Made by a program: the position numbers and the translations under genes | Notes under the pieces: generated by a model | Seen by the model: only the letters and a program-made list of their open reading frames with translations | Told to the model about the DNA's origin: nothing | Databases searched by the model: none | In this document: piece by piece, positions 1 to 23,551 of the stretch | Layout: every line of letters begins with the position of its first letter | How positions within the stretch are numbered: the first letter of the stretch is position 1 | From: Camelus ferus | Lineage: Eukaryota | DNA length: 64,000 bases | Direction: 5' to 3' | Assembly (NCBI RefSeq): GCF_009834535.1 | Contig: NC_045704.1 | Location: 17,856,001 to 17,920,000, forward strand

Positions 1-121
1 TCAACAAAGTTTGAAAATGCACTGTCTTATTACACTGAGGGCAAACCCGAAAACAGACTCAAAATTAAGTCTTGAGGTGACGAGTACACAGCCCAGAGTC
101 TTTAAATGGATAAGAAGAAAA

Positions 122-345
122 CTAATAAACAGCCCTCATTTATCACGTCTTAGTTGGGCCCTGTTCTAAGCACTTTACATGAAGTAACTTAATCTTTTCA
201 ACACCCTCATGAAGTTGGTACTACTTTCAGCCCCATTTACAGGTGAGGAAACCAAGACCCAGAGAGGTTAAGCAATTTGCCCAGAATCACACAGCCACGA
301 AGTGACAGAGTTGGAGTATAAACACAGGCATCCCAGCTCTGTAGA
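122..345 (-). mobile_element. MIR SINE
   Basis: GAGGAAACCAAGACCCAGAGAGGTTAAGCAATTTGCCCAGAATCACACAG core. Confidence 0.75.
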
Positions 346-1567
346 CTATGATCTCTCACCTCCTTCCCTTCTCAGATGGGGAAGACAAAACTGTACGGAT
401 AACAATGATCAAGTGTACAGAGTTGAACACTTTAAAAAGGAGGAGCAGTTGTGAGACCGCCCGTCTAGAGGGAGTGACCCCATTTGGGAAGCCAGTACAG
501 GTTCCCTGCAGGAAGAGTCATTTTAGCAGAGACCTGATGTTGGATGGCAGAAAGGAGGCAGGGGGACAGGCACACCCAGGCACTCACAGCAGATGCAAAG
601 GCCTGGAAGGAAAAGAGGGCACTGCCCAGAGAGTTCACCCATGACTCCTCTTTCTCAAATTCCATATCCATTCATCAGGAACTTATGTTGGCTCTGCTTT
701 CAAAGTACATATATCCCAAGTCTAACCACTGTGCTCCAAGGCAACCCTGGAGCTGCCAATGGCTGGGGAAGGGGGTGGGCATGAAGCACAGAGATGAGAA
801 TCAGCAAGATGTCCCCCCCCCCCCCCGGAGAAGTGGGGATGCGACCAAATCCTGTGGGATCGTTCAAGCCTGTCAAGGAGTTTGGACCAAACACAGGGAA
901 ACAAGCAAGGATTCCTGGAGGAGGGGGAAGCAGTTACCAGAGACGAGAGGGAAGGAAAAGTGTTCCTGGTAGAGGGAACAGCAGGAGCAAAGACCCAGAG
1001 AAAGGGAAAGAACTTCAGTGTAGCCACAGTGGCCTGTCAGGTGGGGAGAGGTGTGAGTTGAGGCCAGTGAGGCTGGCAGGGGACAGCCCCTGCAGAGGGT
1101 CAAACACCAGGCTGAGGTGCTTCAGCTGTGTCCCATGGACCCTGGGAGCCATGGTGGTTTCCAACAGGGAAGGGGCAGATCAGATTTGTGCTTTAGGAAG
1201 GCTCAGTGACTATATCAAGAGGGGACAAGACTGGAGACAGAGATCAGGGAGAATACCAACCTACCCACTTTCTCAGCCCCTGCTCTGCCCCCACCTTGGT
1301 CCTGTCCACCACAGCGGTTCACCTCAGCTTTGCAGTGGCTTCCTCCCTGGCCTCCCAGAAACCACCCCTGTTCCCCACAGTCTCTCCTACATATGCAGCC
1401 AGAGGGACCCTGTGAACATCTGAATCAGATCTTGTCCCTCCGTTTGGAGCCCTCCTATGGCTCCCATCCCACCCAGAGTATAAGCCAGAGTCCTCCCCAG
1501 GGCCCACAATGCCCTAACTCATCTGCTTGCCTCCACCCCAAACTCATGTCCTGCTCATCTACCCGAC

Positions 1568-1602
1568 AACACACACACACACCCACACACACCCACACCC
1601 AC
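1568..1602. repeat. Imperfect (CA)n microsatellite
   Basis: ACACACACACACCCACACACACCCACACCC. Confidence 0.85.
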
Positions 1603-1639
1603 TCCAGCCACACTGGCCTCCTTGGACTTCCTCACCCAG

Positions 1640-2015
1640 GCCAGGCACAACCCTACTTCAGGGCCTTTGTATTGGCTGTTCTCTCTGCTTAGAACACTCT
1701 CTCCCCAGGTCCCCACATGACCCTCTCCCTCACTTCTTTCAGGTCTTTGCTCAAATGTCACCTTGTCAATGAGGCCTCCCCTTATCATCCTGTTTAACAT
1801 GCCACCCCTCCCCTCCCCACCCTCCTAGTCCTGCTTTATTCTTCTCCACAGCTCTGATCTCCCTAACTACACAGTTTACTTATGTATCTTGTTTATTGCC
1901 TGCCTCCTCCACCAGGGCAGGGATTTTTGTCTGTTCTACCCTCTGCCATATCCCCAGTGCCTTGAACAGGGCCTGGCACATAGTAGGCACTTGAGAAATC
2001 TTTCACAGATTATGA
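1640..2015 (+). mobile_element. L2 3' end
   Basis: GCTCAAATGTCACCT ... GGCCTGGCACATAGTAGGCAC. Confidence 0.75.
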
Positions 2016-2254
2016 ATAGGAGGGTCAGAGATCCAGGGCAGAGAGCCGGCAGTGGGATGGAAAGGAGGGTGGATTTCCTGTGGCTGGGAAGGTGGCTACT
2101 TTAACTCAAGTGTTCTTGTACCTTTCTTTCTCACTCTTGTTTCTCTTGTCATCTCTCCTTTTCAGTGTCTCTGTCTCTGCTCTGTACTCCCCTTTGCCAG
2201 GAGACCAGCCCTGCAGTCGCTGAGTCCCCAGTATCCCACCTGGCTCCGTAGGTC

Positions 2255-7239
<4,985 letters not shown>

Positions 7240-7251
<12 letters not shown>

Positions 7252-7600
7252 GACTCGGTCACGGCCACTTAGGGCCGCAATATGGCGACGCGGCCGCGCC
7301 TGCTCCTCGGCTGGCAGCCGCTCCACTCGGGCTGCAGCCCCGGCTCCTTCCTATTCCCGGGGCCGGCGCCGCCACTTCCGCCTCCACCCCCCTCCGGCGC
7401 GACCCGCTGGGGCTGCGGGATACCTGGCCACGCTTCCCGAAGGCAGGGATTGGTGGACTCAGTGGACACGGGGCGGGGGAAATAGAGCCGATTGGCGGTG
7501 AAAGAGGGGCGGGACCAAGACGAACGATTGGCGGAGCCAGTGGGAAGGGGCGGCACAGAAATGCTTCGCGGAGCAGAGAAACGGATTTGGTCAGAAGTCC
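7240..7600 (-). promoter_or_regulatory. RAB4B CpG-island promoter and 5'UTR
   Basis: CpG-rich. ETS core ACTTCCG at 7374-7380, three CCAAT boxes (ATTGG at 7449, 7491, 7527), GC boxes, and a YY1-like CGCCATATT in the 5'UTR. Confidence 0.8.
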
Positions 7601-8006
7601 TGGGGGCAGGGTCGAGGTTCCAGATTGGGTAGGAGCTAAGTTGGGGGCGGGCATACGGATGCAGAGAAGAGGGTAGGACTGACAGAAAGAGCCTCGAAGA
7701 GGAGTGATCTTGGGCTGGAGAGTACAGCTCTCAAAGGCAGGAAGGATGAAATTGGGATGATACCCAAGTTAACCTCCCACCTCCCTTTGCAGATAATCTT
7801 GTAAGAAAACCTAGAAAAACCTCTCCTCTGCATTTTTTGTCTTCCTCATGATCCGACTGACTCATTGCCAATAGTTCAATAGTTCTCTTATTGGTCTAAA
7901 GAGGACACTACAATCCCCCAATTTGGCTGTTTAGGTTATTCCCCCTTCTCATTTGCTTGTGATATCTAAGCCTAGGTGCCCACCTATGGTACCCAGCTTG
8001 GAGCAA

Positions 8007-8071
8007 AGAGCTTTTAGTACGTGAAACTGCTTAGCAACCATTGACGTTACTACAGTCAGTGGGGTGATTGG
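8007..8071 (+). promoter_or_regulatory. MHC-class-II-like S-X-X2-Y module (RFX/CREB/NF-Y) upstream of RAB4B
   Basis: S-like AGAGCTT 8007-8013, X box TTAGCAAC 8031-8038, X2 TGACGTTA 8042-8049, Y box TGATTGG 8065-8071. There are 28 nt between GCAAC and ATTGG, as in the HLA-DRA promoter I recall. Human RAB4B is a reported CIITA/RFX target. Confidence 0.8.
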
Positions 8072-8155
8072 CTAGATTCAGAAACCTGGGGAAACGTTTC
8101 CTTTCTAGATCCCCACCACAAAGACCACAGAGACCCACAGTTTGCACTTGACTGG

Positions 8156-8161
8156 TGTATT
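8156..8161 (-). terminator. MIA non-canonical poly(A) signal AATACA
   Basis: About 60 nt after the stop. No AATAAA or ATTAAA between the stop and this site. AATACA is a recognised variant hexamer. Confidence 0.6.
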
Positions 8162-8221
8162 TGCATAAAGCCGGAGAGGGGAAAAAAAAAAAAAAAAAAC
8201 AGCAGGGACAGCGGTAGGCTC

Positions 8222-9514
8222 TCACTGGCAGTAGAAATCCCATTTCTGAAAGAGAGAAAGGGGAAACAGTGGGAAGAAAACCAGCGGTCACACCACAAAG
8301 GATCTAGTGGTTTTAGCAAATGCTGCAGCCGCAGGCGCCAGGTTTGGCCACACAAGTGCTATACAAATTAGCCTAGAGCCCTCTAATTTTTTCACCTGTT
8401 AATTGGACTAGGACTTAGAAATCATTCCCCATTTTACAGGTAAGAAAAGGCAGGAAATTTGTCCCCGAGCACACAGCTAGTATGCCGGGGAGCCAAGGGT
8501 AGGAGCATCTTTGCCCATCACCACAACCCAAGGGTCCTCCCTCCACATCCGTGCCAGCCCCCAAGACACTCACATCCGTCTTCACATCGATTTTGCCACG
8601 TTTCAGGGTCTGGTCTTCGCGTACAATGCTACTGGGGAAATAGCCCAGGCGAGCAGCTAGGTCTCCATAGTAATCTCCCTGAACCTGGGGAAGAGGAGTT
8701 AAAAGCCAGGGTCTGGGAAGATGCCAAGCTCACTCCTGCTACAAACCTCTGCACTTTTTTCTCCCTGATCTACACTAGCTGGCTCCATCTTTGTCATTCA
8801 AATCTCAGCTTCAAGTCACCTGCTAGAAGGTCCTCCTTGACAACCCCTTGCTAATTAGTCACCCAGTCACTTTATATTAATTCTCCAAGCAGCACATACT
8901 TGACTTTTTTTTTTTTTGATGGCTTGTCTCCTTCCATTAGAGTAAAAGGGGTCATTTTTGTTTTACCTTCAGTGTCTAGAACAGTTTGGCACTATAGTAG
9001 ATGCCGTAATAATTGCTCAACAAAGTAAAAATTGAGTAGATAACAAAAGCTCCCCGCCCCCTACAAACTCTATTTCAGTTCACCCCCCTCACATTTTCCC
9101 CTTAGGTGAAAAATTAGGGTTCACCCACCCCAGCCCCACACCCTTTCCTCTTCTGTTCTCCCAAGACTCACACTGCCTCCCCAGAAGAGCCGCCCTCGGC
9201 CCTTCAGCTTGGAGAAGACATACACGACTTGGCCCCTGTGTATGGTCAGGAAACGGCAGTCGGGGGCCACGTAGTCCTGAAGGGCCACAGCCATGGAGAT
9301 GGGGTCTAGGGAAGGAATAAAGGGGAATGACAGCCCCATCCGCACAGACTGGCAACCCAAGCCCCAAGCCCTCCAACCCCCAGCTCTTACGGCTGCATTC
9401 CTCATCAGCACACAGCTTCCTGTCAGCCAGCTTGGGCATTAGGTGGCCCCCGACACTAGGCCCCGGGAAGGCAGACAGAAAGATGATACCAAGAAACACC
9501 AGGGACCAAGCCAT
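8222..9514 (-). CDS. MIA: Melanoma inhibitory activity protein (CD-RAP), 130 aa, exons 9391-9514, 9172-9305, 8574-8684, 8222-8245
   Basis: 124+134+111+24 = 393 nt, GT-AG. Signal peptide MAWSLVFLGIIFLSAF, then MPKLADRKLCADEECSHPISMAVALQDY ... RLGYFPSSIV ... KWDFYCQ, with four Cys retained. An in-frame ATG one codon upstream (9517) is an alternative start. Confidence 0.97.
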
Positions 9515-10029
9515 CATGGACTCTGAGCAAGAGAGTGACCAAGAGAGGAATGGGGTCTCGTTTCCTCCTGCCCTCCCTCTCCAACAACACAAGGAAACCT
9601 GTGTTCTTGTCCCCGCCTTAAACCAGTCCCAAATTTTACCCACACCACCTAGAGGCTGCTACACAGCCAGAACCATTTTAAGGACAGGGTGAGGAGAGCC
9701 AACACTAGGAAATGCTCAGATAGGCCCCAGGCAGCCCAGGCCACTCCAAGTGACAGCCACCCCCTCAGCAATCAGAGAGGCCCAGTCGGGCAAGTTAAGA
9801 TATTCAATTCCATCTTTCTTGAGTCAGCTTGGGGACCTGAGCCCCTTTGCTGTCCCCCTAGACAGAACGAAAGAAGCCAGTATGGAAAACCACCTTGGAA
9901 TTTCCTGTGCTGAGGGGCAGGAGAACAAGGCAGCCCTTTGATTGCCAGGAATAACCCCAGTTCCCAAGCGGAGTATTGTATGTTGGGCCTCAAGCTAGGC
10001 AATGTCCTGCCACAATTGCTACTTATCCT

Positions 10030-10845
10030 CATAAGCCACTTCCTGATTGGGTGACCCAGGCTAAGTTATGTCTCCTCTCAGAGCCTCACCTTTCTTCTCT
10101 TTAAAATAGGAAAAATAAAACTCTATTGTTTACTATCCCAGTGGTTATTTATAGAGCATTCACCACACGTATCTTTATTTTATTAGCTCAAATGTATAGT
10201 CTGCCTCCCCTTCAAAGGGGGCTATCAAAACACGCTTTTATGTGGAAATGGAAGTGTAGAGCCTTAAGGAATGTGTCCAAGGTGGGAAGCGGTGGGGCCA
10301 GGTTTGGTTCCAGGTCCACACCCAGCACTACTGAGCTTGGAGCTCAGTCAGGTGCCCAAGGTCAGAGTGGCAGGATCTGAACTCAAGTCTCATCTCTAAA
10401 ACTGTGCTTCAAAGAGATCCACATGCCTCAACAGCCACCTCTTCCCTCAGAAGCATTCTCACACTGGCTCCAAGTCCAAACTTTTTTTTAGTTCAGGGGG
10501 AAGTGGAGGAACACACACAGGCTTGGGATGGGGAAATCATCTCTAGCAAAGATGGGGCCTAAGCCACCTCTACATGCTCAACACCCAGCACCAAGTACAA
10601 GAGTATCAACAGCTCTCCTCAAATGTCACCTCCTCAGAGGGGCTTCCCGTGACCACCCCGGTTACTGGTCCCCAGCTCCACCACCCCATCGTCAGTTGTT
10701 TGTATCAGAACACAGCAGTTGAAAATAGCTTGTCTATTTCATTCACACTGCATATCCTATGCCAAGGACAGTATTTAGCACATAGTAGGGGCTTGGCAAG
10801 TTATTTGCTGAACTTATTAAGTGCTTGCTAAATGCCTGGCACAGG
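10030..10845. mobile_element. MIR and L2 fragments upstream of MIA
   Basis: MIR core at 10050-10110 and 10130-10420. L2 end CAAATGTCACCTCCTCAGAG ... TTTGCTGAAC at 10610-10845. Confidence 0.6.
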
Positions 10846-12280
10846 GGTTGGGGAGGGTAAGGGGGTGGGGGGAAAGGCTTGTAGGCTGGAGTAGCGAGTA
10901 CAAAAACACCACAGTATTAACAAAGATTCTTCTTTACGCAGGAAGAAAATGAAGCTCAGAGTGCGGACATCAATCGCCTGTGAGGGCAGCAGCCGGGGAG
11001 CACCCCCAGGCGGACAGTAGAAACTAGGTGCGACCCATAAACCCGTGGCTGCTAGTGTTCCCTCGCGCCGTCTGCAAGAACACTGTGCCTTTTAGGGAAG
11101 GCGGCGATCGCCCTCTTCCCCTTTCAGTCTTTCAGATCCTACAAGAGTGTGAGTTTGGTGCCACAAGTCTTCAGTGTGTCAAACACTGATGTTCGCTTTT
11201 AACGGAGAGAGCAGAGCTGGGGCTTGAGTCTTGGCACACTCAAAAAAATATCCAGAGAATTTAACAGTCTCTCTGTATTTATTTTTGTGGTTAATTTTCT
11301 GCTTCTGGCAAGTGTTCTCATTTTCCCATCTATATGGTATGACAATGGGTTTTAAGCTATATATATATTTTTTTTATTTTTTATTTTTTGAGTCAATTTA
11401 AAACTTTCCAGGTCAGGTGTGTGACAGATTGCTAAGGTCCCCCTGTTCAACCTCCCCTTCTTATCCACAGCTTCAGCTGGGACATGACTGTCCAGCCAGA
11501 AACCACACTTCCTAGAACCCCCCACAGCTAGGGCACCAGAGAATTGGGTTCACCCACCTGCCCGAAGCTCCTGGTTGGAGGTTGGCCGGCAAGGGAGAGC
11601 AGCCGTGTGTGAGGCGGCCACCTTTCTGGCACCAGCACCTGGTCAAGGGCCCTCCCCCTGTGTGATCACGTCAGCTGGGGCACTCCTAGTAGCAGCAGTG
11701 ACATCGCGCTGAACTCTACAGACTGCAGCTCTAGGCTGCAAACTTGGACAGTAGAAACGATCTGTGGACCAAGTGTCTCCAACCCAAGCTGCCATTCCTA
11801 CTACCCTTCCCGTGACTTCATGCACACCCATTTCCCTTCTCTTTCTTCCTGAAGTACTGAGAGTGGTTTCTGTGGGACCCTTCGTAGGACAGAAGGCATT
11901 TTTGTGTAGAAAACACTGAAGAAAAACCTCTTCCTTAACACTCTATCATGTTAGAAAATGATTGGAGTAAACATACAAATCTACAGAGTGAACGGTGAGC
12001 CATGAAAGGTGGCATCCTTGTGCAGTACAGAACCTGCCCGACAGTACCTGGCAGCCTGAGTTTCAATTTCCTGCCCTGAATGTTGATTGAGGTAAAATAG
12101 AAATCTGCCAAAGTAGTAAGTGATTTTAGTTTCGACAATGTTGTTACACTATTCTGTGTATTTTCCCAAGGTTGCAATCCCCAAACACCCAGAATATTCT
12201 CATGTGCAGAGAAGGGAAACACAGAGGACAAGAAAATCAAAACAACAAATGTTTGTGAAAAAACAAACCTCAAAAAACAC

Positions 12281-12286
12281 TTTAAT
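12281..12286 (-). terminator. SNRPA poly(A) signal ATTAAA
   Basis: 19 nt downstream of the second U1A site and followed by a U/GU-rich tract (12230-12275). Confidence 0.9.
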
Positions 12287-12296
12287 TCCAGCCTAA

Positions 12297-12342
12297 CAGC
12301 GCCAGGTGCAATGTCTGGGGACAGACTCTGGGTACAATGCTG
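12297..12342 (-). promoter_or_regulatory. Polyadenylation inhibition element (PIE) of U1A mRNA
   Basis: The minus strand reads CAGCATTGTACCCAGAGTCTGTCCCCAGACATTGCACCTGGCGCTG. This holds two U1A sites (AUUGUAC 12332-12338, AUUGCAC 12306-12312) in a stem structure and matches the human PIE as I recall it. Confidence 0.95.
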
Positions 12343-12372
12343 TGTGGCGACCATTCACTCACACACGGCTCC

Positions 12373-12397
12373 AAGGCCCCCGAGGGGGACTTACCTT
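12373..12397 (-). promoter_or_regulatory. U1 snRNP binding site (AAG/GUAAGU) with sequestering stem in the SNRPA 3'UTR
   Basis: Near-consensus 5' splice site at 12389-12397, followed by CCCCC-TC-GGGGG-CCTT, which can pair back on AAGG. This agrees with the described U1 site that synergises with PIE. Confidence 0.75.
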
Positions 12398-12468
12398 CAG
12401 GGGACTGAGCCGAGGGAGGGAGGGGTGGCCCCAGGACAGGGGGCAGGGGCAGGCATGGGAACAGGGTG

Positions 12469-22008
<9,540 letters not shown>

Positions 22009-22439
22009 TCAGCCCTAGGTTTCTCCAAATCCTTGTCCCAGTGAGGGTTGCTAAAGGATCTTCCTTACAAGAGGAAGCCGGGTAAGGCAGGAGAAGGGAA
22101 GAGGGAAGCACAACTCAGAAAACAAAGCAAACGCAGGAGACCACTTCTTTCCGCGTGGTGAGGGAACTCTCGAGAGGTTTACTACTAGTCCCAGAATGCT
22201 CTACGCGACTCAGTAGGCGGAGCATCCTAGGGGGCGATTCGCACTGGCCCACGCGCTCAAAGGGCGGCCCAGGACAAAAGGCCCGGCTGTAAGAACGCGT
22301 TAAGAAAGGAGGCACGACTTTACGGCGCCCTGGCCTGGCACAGCGGTAAGATGATTCCCCCACACAAGGCGCGGGAAGACCCGGGCGCCAAGAACTCCGC
22401 CCGCCTGGCGCCGACGGTCGCCTGCGCCTAAGAATACTC

Positions 22440-22950
22440 ACCGACAGAGTCGCAGCACCCGTAAGCGCCCTCCGCTGTGTTGCTGAGTGCCGACCAGAAA
22501 AACTTCCTCTCCTGGTCCCGCCTTTTTCTTTCTACAAGCCAATCCCCGCGTGGAAACCCGGTAGCTTAGCCAATCAGAGTAAGTCTTGCTCCCGGACCCA
22601 GATCTTGCCAATCAAAATGACACTTAGGTTCCCGCCTCAGGAGAAACTCCGCCCACTCCTGCAAGCCCTACGCCTTCTGCGACTCTCGGGGCTACGGACC
22701 AATCAGTGAAGGCCGCGCCCCCTCACGCGCTTCTTGCCAATCCAGACGCGGCTCTCTCAGCAGTCTCCCCGGAGGCAGTTCTTTGGTAGCTCCGCCTCTC
22801 CCCCACTGTTTCGAGTTCCCTGTCACGTGATCGCTAAAGGGGCGGACACGAGTTTCGTGTCTTACCACGGGATTTGGGAAAGGTCATGCGCTTCGTCCGC
22901 CATTTTGCGGGACCCGGAGACGCGTTTAATTTCCCACTCTGGTCCCAATT
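22440..22950. promoter_or_regulatory. Bidirectional CpG-island promoter of SNRPA and ACTMAP
   Basis: Head-to-head genes. CCAAT at 22539, 22570, 22608, 22699 and 22737, GC boxes, E-box GTCACGTGAT 22822-22831, YY1 CCGCCATTTTG 22897-22907. Confidence 0.8.
22442..22500 (-). other. Candidate non-coding upstream exon of SNRPA (left edge fixed by the donor, right edge uncertain)
   Basis: Donor CTGTCG/GTGAGT at 22442/22441 and a matching acceptor TTTTTTCATTCTTTCAG/ at 21986, 22 nt before the ATG. Confidence 0.55.
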
Positions 22951-23551
22951 CCAGCCGTATCGTGGCTCCCAACGAGCTCCGATCTCTGAGCCTTCCCCAA
23001 CCCACGAGACTCTTCCTGTTCCCTCTGATTTCAGGACTTTTCTCCACAACTAGGCTATTTTCCCTGCGAGGTGACCTTTTGATCTCTGACTAAAAGGTCA
23101 GCTGTAAGGTTCCAAAGTCGGGTCTGGGATATGAGGGGGGAATCTATCCCAAATTCCCCTAGTCTTTACTTCTGGGACCCTGAATTCCGAACTTTAGGCG
23201 TCTCACCCCAGGTCTAAGCCTTTATGTCCTGAAATTCAACTCCAAGTTGCCAAATCTAGCCCGAGATAAGAAGTTAACTCCTAGCTCCTTGAACCTTGCA
23301 ACTCATCTCCAACCGCATATCTGGTTCCAGATTAAAGGACCCCGTTAACCCTAAGATTTCTTATGATTTGAGTTAGCCTCAATCCCTGCTCCCAAAGTTC
23401 CAAATTTTAGCCCCGGTTTTTTCAGTCCCACTGCTCAGCGCGCAGATTCTGGAACTCAGCTCCAAAACCTTCAAAATCCCCATCCCTAGACCAACACATT
23501 TTGGAGGATCCTTCTATTCTCGACCTTCCAGTCCAAGTCACAAACCCCAAA

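Noticed and set aside
794-1423. 209-aa ORF and neighbouring overlapping ORFs at 348-1700
   Set aside because: No recognisable domain, GC-rich intronic sequence overlapping MIR and L2, consistent with chance.
1-2239. RAB4B last exon or EGLN2 within the window
   Set aside because: No convincing acceptor plus poly(A) signal outside repeats and no EGLN2 coding sequence. Both are expected further left.
23501-23551. 17-aa N-terminal extension of ACTMAP (and 28-aa extension of ITPKC from 45393)
   Set aside because: The ORF track starts at TTG and GTG respectively. The true ATGs at 23552 and 45309 match the orthologous N-termini.
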